Positions 1 through 14,934 of a stretch of DNA of 64,000 bases are shown here, piece after piece. The stretch lies in the NCBI RefSeq assembly GCF_963921235.1, contig NC_086097.1, forward strand, positions 192,078,001 through 192,142,000, read 5' to 3'. The position numbers were made by a program, and so were the translations under genes. Below the pieces are notes generated by a model that did no database searches, was not told the DNA's origin, and saw nothing but the letters and a program-made list of their open reading frames with translations. This DNA comes from Mobula hypostoma (Eukaryota). Position 1 is the first letter of the stretch. Each line of letters opens with the position of its first letter.

Positions 1-410
1 TTTTATACAGAATTGGCAGTGTCCAGGGCCGGGGTCATACAGCGAGGAACGACCAGATGTTTGGACAATTTAAACACTGGGCCAGATGGATTGAAAAGGT
101 AGAGTGTCAGGACTTGCGCGCTGTTCCACTATTTTCACTCCACTGAAGCTGAGGCAGAGGCTGCTCCGGGCTTCAAGTCTGAGGACTCACTTTCGTTCTA
201 AATGCTATTTGCTTACTTCTAATGTTTTTTATTCCCCTCTGCACATTGGGTGTTCATATTTAAAAACAAACAATGGGTTCTGTCAGGTTTCTTTGCTTTG
301 AAAGGAAATGAATATCAGTTGCATAATGTAAGCACACTTTGATAATAAACGTACTTTGAACTTTGATGCCTTCAGAGATCCTTGGACACACCTCATTGTT
401 CTTCAGTGCT

Positions 411-545
411 GTCCTGATGAAGGGTCTCAGGCTGAAACATTGACTGTTTACTCTTTTCCATTGATGCTGCCTGGGCTGCTGAGATCCTCCAGCCTTTTGT
501 ACGCATTGCTTGGATTTCCAACATCTGCAGATTTTCTTCTTTGTG
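411..545 (+). mobile_element. Isolated Penelope pLTR end with degenerate hammerhead
   Basis: gtcctgatgaagggtctcaggctgaaacattgact followed by the shared gatgctgcc...catctgcag tail. Confidence 0.7.
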
Positions 546-2069
546 AATGGGCGAGGTGTTGCACTCAACCCCCCCCCCCCAACAAAGGTTTTTTGGTTCC
601 TCTACATGGACAAGATGCACAGTGCCACCCCAAATGCTCCTCCTCCTCCTCCTCCCATGAGCAGGTACAGACCAGAGATTACCAGGGATCAGTAGGACAG
701 GTTATTTCAGAGAGATTTTGAGCACATCCTTAAATAATTTATTCTATGTCGCTGAAACCAATTCCATAACAGAATTAAAATAGTATGTTTAAACTGGTGT
801 TTTATGCTACTTCCACAGCTGAGACAGGAACATAGAAACTAAGAAGCAAGATTATACTTGCATACCTTCAACAAACTGAAATAAATGCTCCAAAACAAAA
901 CCATGAAAAATTCAGTCTCACAAAGTAACTACTCAAATTGAAGAAACTAGTTAAGAAAAGGGCACATTTTAAAAATACATTTACAAAACAAAATTAACAA
1001 TACCAAAAACTAGAACACTTGTGGAAACATATATATCACCTGATGGCTCGAAGAGACTATACAGGTATAACCCATCACTAAACCAAGAAACCATCAGTAT
1101 TTGACTATTTTAATGCAAGCAGTCAATTTACCACGTTTTGAGAAGGGAAAAAAAAGTAAATCAAATCATCCCGCCACTACAGTCCTGCATATTCAGTTGC
1201 AAATGGTAGAGAACAACCAAAGACGACCAGTCCAGGGATGTTGTCATTGATAACAGTAAAGCCAAATGTACAAATACCGGAGATTTGCAAATGTCAGCTT
1301 GGCTGTCCTTGGTGATCCTCTCCGTCAGAAGCCTGCCTTCAGCCAATTCAATTTGAAACATGTTCATAAGGAAATAACCTAGTTCAGGATACAACAAAAA
1401 AAAGGGAAAGTGGCAACATAAAAACACTGACACAGTATTGAAGACTCTAAAATAACTTCTAGCCAAACTGTTATTGTTACAGCACTAGCATCAACTTGAC
1501 AACATGCAAAACTGTCTAGGCAAGCCCTGTGCAAAAATACAGGATAAATATTACACAATTCTCCCCATTCTTAATTATTAGTGAAGAAAGATGTTGTTAA
1601 TGGCAGGTATTGTTAACAATGCCATTCAGTATTGATACCCAAAAAACTGTTCCCCCAATACTCAGTTTGGGTTTCACCAAGACTACTCCACACAGCAGAC
1701 TGGCTCCCATCAAGGCAACATTTCCAAGTGTGCCATGAAGCCCAATAAAATTAACATCAAAAGATGAAACAACATTCCTATTGGGTGGAATGTAATCCTA
1801 TACAAAAGAAGATATTATAAAGTATTCCTATCAGCTTCTCCCTCAAAAGAGAACAGAGTTGCACCATATTCAATTGCAGATGCAAATAAAGAAATGGCTT
1901 TCGCAGATTGCCACTTATTCCATAAAAGGCAACAATCTTTCAGCAAGAGGAAAAAAAACCATGGTTACAGGCATAACCAAGCTGTAATTAGCAACTACAC
2001 CTTGCAGAGACTTTACACAACAGGACATTTGATGTAACACTGAAATCAACGTTTAAAATAAAACTGGTT

Positions 2070-3582
2070 TGGTAGGAAAACCCAAACAAGGCTGCAGGAC
2101 CAGAGGGTGTCAGTACCAGGGTGCTCAAAGCCTGTGCCCCTCAGCTATGTGGAGTACTTCGCCATGTCTTCAACCTAAGCCTGAAGCTCCAGGGGGTTCC
2201 TGTGCTGTGGAAGACGTCCTGCCTCGTCCTTGTGCCAAAGACGCCGCACCCCAGCGGCCTCAATGACTACAGACCGGTGGCATTGACCTCCCATATCATG
2301 AAGACCCTGGAGAGATTTGTTCTGGCGCTGCTCCGGCCTATGGTCAGGCCACACTTAGATCCCTTCCAGTTCGCCTACCAGCCCTGACTAGGAGTTGAGG
2401 ATGCCATCGTCTACCTGCTGAACCATGTCTATGCCCACCTGGACAAGCCAGCGAGCACTGTGAGGGTCATGTTTTTTGACTTCTCCAGTGCGTTCAACAC
2501 TATCCGCCCTGCTCTGCTGGGGGAGAAGCTGACAGCGATGCAGGTGGATGCTTTCCTGGTATCATGGATTCTTAATTACCTGACTGGCAGACCATAGTAT
2601 GTGTGCTTGCAACACTGTGTGTCCAACAAAGTGATCAACAGCACTGGGGCTCCACGGGGGACTGTCTTGTCTCCCTTTCTCTTCACCATTTACACCTCGG
2701 ACTTCAACTACTGCACAAAGTCTTGTCATCTTCAGAAGTTTCCAGATGACTCTGCCATAGTTGGATGCATCAGCAAGGGAGATGAGGTTGAGTACAGGGC
2801 TACCGTAGGAAACTTTGTCACATGGTGTAAGCAGAATTATCTGCAGCTTAACGTGAAAAAGACTAAGGAGCTGGTGGTAGACCTGAGGAGAGCTAAGGTA
2901 CCGGTGACCCGTTTCCATCCAGGGGGTCAGTGTGGACATGGTGAAGGATTACAAATACCTGGGGATATGAATTGACAATAAACTGAACTGGTCAAAGAAC
3001 ACTGAGGCTGTCTACAAGAAGGGTTAGAGCCATCTTTATTTCCTGAGGAGACTGAGGTCCTTTAACATCTGCCAGACGATGCTGAGGATGTTCTACGAGT
3101 CTGTGGTGGCCAGTGCGATCATGTTTGTTGTTGTGTGCTGGGGCAGCAGGCTGAGGGTAGCAGACACCAACAGAATCAACAAACTCATTCGTAAGGCCAG
3201 TGATGTTGTGGGGATGGAACTGGACTCTCTGACGGTGGTGTCTGAAAAGAGGATGCTATCTAAGTTGCATGCCATCTTAGTCAATGTTTCCCATCTACTA
3301 CATAATGTACTGGGTGGGCACAGGAGTACATTCAGCCAGACTCATTCCTCCGAGATGCAGCACAGTGCGTCATAGGAAGTCATTCCTGCCTGTGGCCATC
3401 AAACTTTACAACTCCTCCCATGAGGGGTTAGACACCCTGAGCCAACAGGCCGGTCCTAGACTTATTTCATAATTCACTGATTACTATTTAACTATTTATG
3501 ATTCTATTACTATTTATTATTGATGGTGCAACTGTAATGAAAACCAATTTCCCCCTGGCTCAATAAAGTATGACTATGACTA
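2070..3582 (+). mobile_element. Rex1/Babar-type non-LTR retrotransposon, 5'-truncated and degenerate
   Basis: RT fragments PVLWKTSCLVLVPK...DYRPVALTSHIMKTLER, TGAPRGTVLSPFLFTIYT and KFPDDSAIVG, with stops and frameshifts. 3' end is AATAAA followed by a (tatgac)n tail. Confidence 0.85.
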
Positions 3583-3727
3583 AAATGTGTTACACTTTAG
3601 AATTGGGCAGAACTAGCATAATTTTAATGTTTTATTAAAATAGTTTTGTTTCCCATCCTAAGCATTGAATATTGAAGCCAACAGCAACATTAAGGGACAT
3701 CACACTAATCTTGCTTTGTTCATAAAT

Positions 3728-3733
3728 TTTATT
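3728..3733 (-). terminator. Candidate fabp3 polyadenylation signal AATAAA
   Basis: tttatt on the + strand, about 710 nt downstream of the stop codon. A second candidate lies at 3631-3636. Confidence 0.4.
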
Positions 3734-4441
3734 AAAGCTGCATAAATGTGTTTTTTTTCACCATTTGTACACAGGACCATTCTTTTTGTACATCAGCTCT
3801 ATTGTTTATTAACTTGCATAATACTGAAAAATTGCAAGGGTTGCCATAACTTTGGAAATCAGAATTTCAGGCAGGCAAATGTTGTAACAGTGAGCAATGT
3901 ACAATTTGTATTTGTAAACATACATGGCAATTGAACAATTAAGAGGCTAAGTAATGCTTGACATCTTAATTGCCCAGTATTGAGCAAAATGCTTAATCAT
4001 ATGTACCTGGGAACACCTTGCATAGCCTTGAGAAATTACACATTTCTTTTTTCCTAGAGTTAAAACCCTTCATATTACTATGATTATATCCAAAATTAAG
4101 GTTATTTTCTATGAAGAACATTACAAGATAATTTCTAATTAGCATAAAGGTCATGGAACCATGTTTGATCATACCATTTCAGATTCTAAATGTTTAATGC
4201 CTCCATAATGAAAGTATATCAAGGAATGTACTCAATTATATTTGTTTTCAAAATCATATAAAATCTTAGTATAATCCATGAAGTTTACTTTTTTAAAAAA
4301 CAGTTCAAGGCTACAAAATGTAACCAAAAAATGCCATGAAAAAGAACAGTCCTAGTTATACAAAATACTGAGGGGAAACTCCAGTAGAAAAGCAGCAAGT
4401 GTGGATCACTGAAAAAGAGCCAATCTAATCCTTGTTCCAGA

Positions 4442-4498
4442 TCAACAATTCCCCTTCTGATAGGTTCTTGTGCACACCACATCTCCCATCGTACAAGT
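4442..4498 (-). CDS. fabp3: FABP3-like coding exon 4 (terminal)
   Basis: AG acceptor at 4499-4500. Encodes TCTMGDVVCTRTYQKGNC* with the carboxylate-binding R-x-Y. Exons total 73+173+102+57=405 nt, i.e. 134 aa plus stop. Confidence 0.93.
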   Translation of the reverse strand, partial: TCTMGDVVCTRTYQKGNC

Positions 4499-4714
4499 CT
4501 GATTGAAAAAGGACATAGGAATCAGTTATATGTACAGAACATGGTGATTCACTACAGGACTAAATGACTAAGTGTATATATTGCTTGACTCACCATACTA
4601 ATGCAATTACTGGCATTCACTTTCACACTAAACATTAAAAAGGTCAAACACCACCAACAAAAACCTTTACCCCAAAAAAGTCTGAACTAGGCAATGCTGA
4701 GCACAAGTCCTTAC

Positions 4715-4816
4715 CAATATTAGTTTATCATCAATCAGTTCTCTAACCAGGGTTGTTTCTTTTCCATCCCATCGTTGTGTTTGGATCATTTTGCCATTAT
4801 CCAATACCACTGTAGT
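4715..4816 (-). CDS. fabp3: FABP3-like coding exon 3
   Basis: AG acceptor at 4817-4818 and GTAAG donor; 102 nt. Encodes TTVVLDNGKMIQTQRWDGKETTLVRELIDDKLIL, close to FABP3 WDGQETTLVRELIDGKLIL. Confidence 0.95.
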
Positions 4817-4848
4817 CTGTTGGGGATGCAAACAGAGGAACATTTAGA

Positions 4849-5965
4849 CCACAAGACATCTGTAGGAGAAGAATTAACCCATTCAGCCCATTGAGTCTGC
4901 ACCACTACTCCATCATAGTCAATTTATTATCTCTCTCAATCCCATTTTCTTGCCCTCTCTCCAAATCCTCTGACACACTGACTAATCAAAAACTCAAAAT
5001 ACTGGAGGACCGAAGAACTTATCAGGAACATCAACCTCCACTTTTAAATACACTCGATGATTTGGCCTCCATGGAATCTTCGGCAATTTATTCCACAGAT
5101 TCACCAAATTTCTCATCTGGTCTAAAGGGAAGAACATCTGCTCCAAGGCTGTGCCCTCTTGTCCTAGATCCACCCACAATAGAAAACAACCTCTGCACTA
5201 TCTAGGTCTTTCAATGAGATTCCCTCCTTATTCTTTTGAGCTCCAGTGAGTGCATGCCCAGAGCCACCAAATCTCCCCAAATGTTAACCCCTTCATTTCC
5301 CAAACCATTCTCATAATCATCATCTGGACAAGAATGCCAGCACACTTTTTCTTAGATAAGGGCCCAAAACTACTCAATGCTCAAAGTACAGTCTGATCAA
5401 TGTCTTATAATGCTTCAGGATTACTTCCCACTCTTATGTTATGGTACTTAAATGAATGCTAACATTGCATTTACATTCCTTCCCACCCACTCAACCTACA
5501 AGCTAACTTGCAGGGACTCCTGCATGAGGGCTCGCAAGTCCCTTTGCATCTCTGATTTTTGAATAGTTTATACTTTATTCTTTCTACTAAAGTGGATGAC
5601 CATACACCTGCTTACTTAACATTCTATCTGCCACACAATTAACCATCCTCCTAATCCGTTTTAAATCCTACAGATTCCCTGCTTCAACACTACCTGCCAC
5701 TCCACCTCATTTTCATATCAAATGCAAACGTATTTACAAAGGCAGCTATTCCTTCACCCAAATCACTGATAAATAACGTAAAAAGCTGTCCCAACACCAA
5801 TCTCTGTGGAACACCACCAATCACAGCCAGCCAAACAGAAAAGGCCCGATTTATTCCCACTCTTTGCCTCCTGCCAATCTTCCATTCATGCCAGTATCTT
5901 TCCTGTAATACTATGGGCTCTTATTAAGCAGATTTATGTGTGGCACCTCGTCAAAGGCCAAGTAA
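4849..5965 (-). mobile_element. CR1-like LINE 3' fragment in fabp3 intron 2
   Basis: Similar to the CR1 copies at 26295-27430 and 56645-57431 (shared tail and degenerate RT text). Confidence 0.75.
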
Positions 5966-6071
5966 ACAACATTCATTGACGGCCCTTTGTCTGGATTAGT
6001 ATCTGCACCTTGAGAAGTCGACACTTAGCAAATTACAGTAGAACGCACAGCAAGCTTAATTGTTGATGCAC

Positions 6072-6244
6072 CTTGGTTTTCCTACTGTCAGCTGTGGTCT
6101 CATCAAATTCCTCCCCGAATTTGAAATGAATCTTTGTGCTTTTCATCGTGCTGTCGGTTGCAATGGTGATTGTATCGCCGTCCTTGGTAATTGTAGTCGT
6201 GGGTTTAGCCATTTTAGCCAAGTTCCTTAGTGCCATTCCCACTC
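6072..6244 (-). CDS. fabp3: FABP3-like coding exon 2
   Basis: AG acceptor at 6245-6246 and GT donor at 6070-6071; 173 nt. Encodes [57 protein letters not shown], with the [13 protein letters not shown] motif. Confidence 0.95.
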
Positions 6245-6679
6245 CTGAAAGGCAAACGGTATAGGACTCTTAAATGTTACTGACACTGGCCACATCGCTT
6301 GTCCCACATGCAAAGGGGAACCGTTTTGCAGCGATGCTGCTACCACTTCAGTGAACTGTCAACCGGGTTTCTGCGAATTCACCAATTACAATTTAAAACA
6401 AGGAGGGGTTTTGAAATGGATTCATACATTTGAACTCGGATCCTTCACCTTTAAATGAAGAAAACAAAGTCTTTATGCAATTCCTGCCGCTTTACAAACG
6501 AGAGCAAGATGGTGGGATTTCATAGTATACTACTATAATTTCATCTTTAGGACCCGCTGCAGTTACATTTAAAAAAAAGCTCCGCTTGAACCACAGAAGG
6601 GGAAGAGCAGTGTGGCTGCATACATTACATGGGGGAGGGGAGCACAAATTAATGTACACAAGAGGAGCAGAATCCTCAC

Positions 6680-6752
6680 CTATTTGAACCATGTAGGCGT
6701 CAAAATTTTCCGTTTTGACTAAGACCCATTTTCCTAGAAATGCGTCAACCAT
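6680..6752 (-). CDS. fabp3: Fatty acid-binding protein, heart-type (FABP3-like), coding exon 1
   Basis: ATG at 6752 gives MVDAFLGKWVLVKTENFDAYMVQI-G. The exon is 73 nt and ends at a G|GTGAG donor, the canonical FABP exon-1 size and phase. Confidence 0.93.
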
Positions 6753-6832
6753 TTCTGCGGTACTGCTGCGTTCGGACCCTCAACGCCCCACCGTAAAATG
6801 ACTCTGCAGCCGCTGTAAAGCGTTCTGCAGCC

Positions 6833-6887
6833 TTTAAACCGAGAACCACGTGCAAAATCACTCAAACCAATCCTGAGTGGGAACGTC
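6833..6887 (-). promoter_or_regulatory. Putative fabp3 core promoter (TTTAAA TATA-like box, E-box, CCAAT)
   Basis: TTTAAA at 6833-6838, about 80 nt upstream of the ATG (FABP3/FABP4 promoters are known to use TTTAAA). CACGTG at 6847-6852 and CCAAT at 6867-6871 (+ strand). Confidence 0.55.
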
Positions 6888-7852
6888 AGGCATTAAGAGG
6901 CAGGCAAGGCTAAAACAAATAGTGAAAATGCACATATTAATTCAGAATTAATCAATATGCGCAGACAAGCAGAGTCTAAAAAAATATCTGGAATACGACA
7001 ACGTACAGATCGGTTAGTGACATTTGTGCTTAAAGTGACCTTTCCAGAACATGGATCAGTAAGGTGGACTTTCAGAGGAATAGCTACAGGGATGGCGAAT
7101 GCACGCTCTCATTCAGCACAGCACTAACTGAGGAAATCGAGAACAAAATTCTCAAATGAGCTTTTTTTTTTAATATATATATATTCCCAAGGCTGCCACT
7201 TGTATCTACACTCGCTATTCAGCGCCGATGAAGAGAAACTGCGAGTTCATGGCACATACAGTTAAAAGCAAAACAATGTGGTTCATTTGCGTGGAAGTAA
7301 AACAAAATCTACAGTAAAGGTTCTGAACTTTATTTGTCTGATCCTGCGATCACTCTTTATATCAGTATTCAGTGCAATAATTATAAAAAACTTTTTCTTA
7401 GATATCTAATTAATAGTGTAAATTTATGCACTTTGTGAAAGCTGCGTATGTGCCGCGAGTAAACTCCACTTTAAATTTAAACATCCCACCTTTCATTTCC
7501 AGTAGTTCAGTCTCCTAAAAGATACTTATGACATTATTTGGAAACAAGTAGTAAAAATGATGGTGCAACTAGTAGGATTTGCCTACTTACCCATATTATG
7601 GCGTTTTCTAATTTTAGGCGGGTCTTACAACTTTTACTTTGATAGGGAGCATATGGGAAGTGGGGAATCTGTGTCAAGGCAGTTATTTTGTTTAACTTAA
7701 TGTTTCCAAAACAATATTCGCAGATGCTGGAAGTCTCATGGAAAAATGATGGAAATCATTCGGAGGTTAGACTTCACACAAAAGTTGACCTTTCTGGAAT
7801 CACCCATCTGAAACATTTAACTCCATAAATACAGCAGATTAAGCAGCGTCTC

Positions 7853-8575
7853 AAAGTTCAAAGTAAATTTATTATCAAAGTACATATGTGTCACCATATA
7901 CTGTTTAACTCTGAGATTCATTTTTGTGGGCATTCACAGTGAATACAAGAAGCACAATCAGATCAATGAAAGACCGCCCCCCACAGGACGTACAAACAAT
8001 GTATAAAAGACAACGAATTGCAAATGCAAAAAGAAAAATATATTAATAAATAAACACACATCAAAGTTGCTGGTGAACGCAGCAGGCCAGGCAGCGTCTC
8101 TAGGAAGAGGTGTAGTCGACGTTTCAGGCCGAGACCCTTCGTCTAGTCCTGACGAAAGGTCTCCGTCTGAAACATCGACTGCACCTCTTCCTAGAGATGC
8201 TGCCTGGCCTGCTGCGTTCACCAGCAACTTTGATGTGTGTTGCTTGAATTTCCAGCATCTGCAGAATTCCTGTTGTTTGCGTTAATAAATAAGCAAAACA
8301 TTTTGAGAACATGAGATGAAGTGTCCTGGAAAGTGAGTCCATAGGTTGTGGGAACAGTTCAGAGATACAAGAATGAAGTTATCCCCTCTGGTTCAAGAGC
8401 CTGATAGTTGAGGGATACTAATTGCTCCTGAATCTGATGGCATGGATCCTGAGGCTCCTGTACCTTCTTCCTGACGGCAGCAGCGAAAAGAGAGCATGGC
8501 CTGGGTGGTGGGGTCCTTGATGATGGATTCTGCCTTTTTGTGCCAGCGACATTGCTCCATACAGATGTGCTCAAT
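7853..8575 (-). mobile_element. Rex1-like 3' fragment interrupted by a mini Penelope palindrome
   Basis: Tail aaagttcaaagtaaatttatt is shared with the 62581 copy. The minus strand carries a ccgtcaggaagaaggtacaggagcc (PSGRRYRS) C-terminal motif. Confidence 0.6.
8054..8281. mobile_element. Mini inverted-repeat Penelope-like end pair with hammerhead motif
   Basis: Two PLE 3' ends joined head-to-head at about 8143. TSD ttaataaataa at 8043-8053 and 8282-8292. Confidence 0.85.
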
Positions 8576-8730
8576 CTGTTAAGAGAGAAACAAAGTTAAC
8601 ATTTTAAGGCAATGACCTATTAGTAACCTGAAGCTTTTTAACGTCTTGTTCCATAGATGCAACTTAGTTCATTAAATTAAACATTCTTATATATTCGTGA
8701 CCTTTAGAAAAGTTCTGTTTTGATGAACAA

Positions 8731-10345
<1,615 letters not shown>

Positions 10346-12406
10346 TACATTTGTGCAACAGAGAGTTTAAGTCTCATACCGGCAGTTGAAAAAATTAGTT
10401 TCATAACGATTCATGGCACAAAATTTGCTGCATGTATTAAGACAAAGGCCCAGGAAATGACTAGCTGAGACTTGGTTCTCACTTCCAAACCAGTTGTAAA
10501 CTGGGCACACCCAAGGTGAATGTTCTCTGGAATCAACATCAATCAGACACTCTTGCAGCTACTCTACTGCATGAACCGGAAAGTTACTATAAGCTGTCCT
10601 TTGGCAACAGTCTAATTATGGGATCTGATGAACACATCTTCCAGCACCGTGCTATATAGCGTAAGTAAACAATTTAAACGTCGTCTTACTGTGGGGCATC
10701 TCCAACAGCCCATGCAAAGATGCTCATCAGAACATGGTATGTTAACAACTCTGTAGGATGTATTTAAAGCTACCGTGACGATGGCACTGCTGAAAAAAGA
10801 CTGAACAAAGCACTTTGGATGAATTTGGCGACCAGTCCTGAAACAAGTGTTATGTCCCTGATTGGCATATTCACTTGTTTGACAAGCATATAATGGATGA
10901 GTGAGGTACTGACATGTTCTTCAACCAACATTCAATGCTATGGAAAATTAAGCTGGTATCCATCCAACATTAATGTAAATTTTAATAATAAACATACATT
11001 TAAAATAGTTCTAAAGGGTGAAGGTTGAAAAGTATTTATCACTGTCCATAAAATAGCTTATTTGGATAAGCAACTTGTTTCATAACTGAATTGAGTATAA
11101 ATATTTCCAAATGAAACAGTTCATTTTTAACTGTGTAACATTTCTGCTGACTGAACAGATAATGGAACAATAGATCTCCTTATCTGCTGTGCAAGTGCAC
11201 ACCCTGCAGGACATTTACAAAGCCATTGGCCAATGGCACAGGCAATTTAGTTACATTTCCAGCTTTTACCATAGCAACAGATACATTTCTGCTTTCAGAT
11301 GGTTGATATACTAAAGCTGTAGAAGAATAAGTATAATTGTACATTTTGATGTTTAAGTCTATTAATTGTGACATAATTGGAGAGTACTCTGCTGATATAC
11401 TATCATAGTCATGGATGAGGAAATGTGTTGTTAAATCTTTGATCATGCTGGAAAAGATTTGATTTTCAATTTATGCATCAAGTGTCCACTTCTGCCGTGG
11501 TCTGTGCAAGATGGTGAAGGGTGGCAGCCTTGTCAAGTGAGAACTATCACAATGCTATAAATTTGGTAACTGAATATTGATCAGCGATCTCAGAACTCGA
11601 GTACTGCAACAAATACAACACAGGAAAATCAACATGTATTATCATGAAAATATCTCTTTTTGCTGACTAGGCATAGCTTTAGCCTGTGAACATCCTTAGA
11701 CAGATGCCAGGCCAGCAAGCACTGTGGACAAAGTCAAGCGAGGACAAGGACTGATGTCCCCTCGACACTCTACTCCCCAGGTCAGTGAGTCTCCCATGGG
11801 AACAGGGGGATCAGAGGTCCATGCAGCAAAGAGGCACATGTGTGGGTGATACCCTAAGTACATGAGTCAGTAAGTCCACAATTCGAGGCCTGCAGTTTGG
11901 GATCCCATTATCAGCAGGTCCTGGGGCCAATACTAAGATTGAAGCCCCAAAAAGGTCAACTAAAACTGTAGTTAATCACTTATTATTATCCTTGTGTTGA
12001 AGAATTATAAAATATTGTATCAGGAGAGTGAGATTCTCCTGGATTCTCTCCCTTTTGGAGACCTGCCGTGGGCAATCTTGATATTACATTTGAATCTGAA
12101 TTGGATAGTACATCATGCATCCGTGTCTTTGTCAGAACAACAGGACACTACCTAAAGATTACCAAACAGATTATTTTATACACAAGGCAGGATTCTACTC
12201 AGATCAATGCAGCAGAGCACGAGATAAGAGGGAGCAGAAGGCCCCCTTGAGGAATGTGGTAATTGGAGGTAACAAAGCCTGGTCCTAATATCATCATTAT
12301 TGTATCTAAGGCATTAATGGAACAAAGGGACACTTCAACTGTGAGACCGATAGAGAGGGGTCCAGAAGAAAAAGATGATTATATCAGAATGATTATGTCA
12401 CAAGGA

Positions 12407-13782
12407 TGAGGAATTCTGCAGATGCTGGAAATTCAAGCAACACACATCAAAGTTGCTGGTGAACACAGCAGACCAGGCAGCATCTCTAGGAAGAGGCACA
12501 GTTGACATTTCGGGCTGAGACCCTTCGTCAGGACTAACTGAAGGAAGAGCTAGTAAGAGATTTGAAAGTGGGAGGGGGAGGGGGAGATCCAAAATGATAG
12601 GAGAAGACAGGAGGGGGAGGGATGGAGCCAAGAGCTGGACAGTTGGTTGGCAAAAGGGATATGAGAAGATTATGGGACAGGAAGCCCAGGGAGAAGGAAA
12701 AGGGGGAGAGGGGGAAAAACCCAAAGGATGGGTAAGAGGTATAGTCAGAGGGACTGAGGGAGAAAAAAGAGTGAGAGAAAGAATGTGCATATATAAATAA
12801 ATAACAGATGGGGTATGAGGGGGAGGTGGGGCATTAGCAGAAGTTTGAGAAGTCGATGTTCGTGCTATCAGGTTGGAGGCTACCCAGACGGAATATAAGG
12901 TGTTGTTCCTCCAACCTGAGTGTGGCTTCATCTTTACAGTAGAGGAGGCCGTGGATAGACATGTCAGAATGGGAATGGGATGTGGAATTAAAATGTGTGG
13001 CCACTGGGAGATCCTGCTTCCTCCCTTACCACCATTCAGGGCCCCAGACAGTCCTTCCAGGTGAGGCAACACTTCACCTGTGAGTCAGCTGGGGTGATAT
13101 ACTGCGTCTAGTGCTCCCGATGTGGCCTTCTATATATTGGCGGGACCCGACGCAGACTGGGAGATCATTTCGCTGAACACCTATGCTCTGTCCGCCAGAG
13201 AAAGCAGGATCTCCCAGTGGCCACACATTTTAATTCCACATCCCATTCTGATATGTCTATCCACAGCCTCCTCTACTGTAAAGATGAAGCCACACTCAGG
13301 TTGGAGGAACAACAGCTTATATTCCACCTGGGTAGCCTCCAACCTGATGGCATGAACATTGACTTCTCTAATTTCCACTAATGCCCCACCTCCCCCTCAT
13401 ACCCCATGCATTATTTATTTATATATTTCTGTATTTATATACACACATTCTTTCTCTCACTCTCCTTTTTCTCCCTTTGTCCCTCTGACTATACTCCTTG
13501 CCCATCCTCTGGTTCCCCCCCCCCCCACCTTGTCTTTCTCCCTGGACCTCCTGTCCCATGATCCTCTCATATCCCTTTTGCCAATCACCTGTCCAGCTCT
13601 TGGCTCCATCCCTCCCCCTCCTGTCTTCTCCTATCATTTTGGGTCTCCCCCTCCCCCTCTCACTTTCAAATCTCTTACTAGCTCTTCCTTCAGTAGTCCT
13701 GACGAAGGGTCTCAGCCCAAAACGTTGACTGTACCTCTTCCTAGAGATGCTGCCTGGCCTGCTGCGTTCACCAGCAACTTTG
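12407..13782. mobile_element. Penelope-like element inverted pair (GIY-YIG fragments plus two pLTR ends)
   Basis: Left arm on minus, right arm on plus, junction at about 13020. TSD atgtcacaagga at 12395-12406 and 13783-13794. Confidence 0.9.
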
Positions 13783-14934
13783 ATGTCACAAGGAATTGAG
13801 CATGGGCTTCCTAAGCTTGCATTATCCAAATATGGATAGAAGCAGGGAAAGTGTGTGTAGATTGCATAGATGAAGTGAATTGACCCCTCTCTTCTTCTTG
13901 GAGGGAAAGATCAGTTGATGGAATAAATGCATGATCTGAAAACAAACAGTGAGAGTTATTTTCTTGCTCCACAACAGAATGTATTTCTACCACCATAACT
14001 CTGCCTGACTATGTCCCTACTTTGTCAGCTGATGTAAACCAATTCCATTCCTTTCCTATCTTGGCAATTGGTTTATTATTGTTTTCACACGTACCGAGAG
14101 AGTGAAAAGTTTTTGTTTGCATGCCATCCGCACAGTTCATTTCAAACATGAATTACATTGATGTTACTATTTTCCTTTTGTATTACAAGTGCAGAATATA
14201 GTATTACAGATACAGGGAAAGTGTAATGCAGGTAGATAAATAAGGTGCAATGGACCATGGTGTGGTAGATTAAGATTAAGAGTTCAGCTTTATCTTATTA
14301 GAAATCTATTCAAGAGGCCTGTAACAGTAAGACAGAAACTGTCCTTAAACCACATATCATTGTCACTGGTGCTGCAATACCATTACACTTACTACTGTGC
14401 CAACTTTTATTACACATTCTGTTATTTTTTTTTTGATCTTGTTCTACCTAAATGCACCATGCAATAATTTGATGGCTAGATGGTAGGCAAGTCAAACTTT
14501 TCACAGAATCTTGGTGCATGTGACCATAATGAATCAATTCCAATTCTGACTATCAACCTCTTAGATTTTAGGGCATTAAAATCTGCACTGGAGGGCTGCC
14601 CAACCAAATGTTTGTATTTTTTTCCAAACTTTTATTTATCTAGGGAGCATAAATATGTAAAAAAAAAATCACACAACTGATATTAAAAAATGTTAATCAT
14701 GTGATCATCCATTTCAGGAATAATATTTTCTGTTCATATGCACATTTTTCAAGTTTAATTAAAAATGCATTGGACATTTTCTACAATTCCACTGCAGCTG
14801 ATACAATTATAAATACACAGTGTATGTAGAACAGCAAGAGATATGCTCTTTCAGCTGGAGAAAATTAGCATGATGATGAACAGCTGCAGTAATATCCAAA
14901 TGAAACAAGTTTTAGAAAACATTTACATAAAAAC

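Noticed and set aside
1161..1466. 101-aa minus-strand ORF with a pyrimidine tract and acceptor near 1379
   Set aside because: No recognisable homology and no partner exons. It lies downstream of a complete fabp3.
13811..13996. Minus-strand ORF with an acceptor-like ttgttttcag, considered as a PKI-type terminal exon
   Set aside because: No GRRNA pseudosubstrate exon was found in the window and there is no homology.
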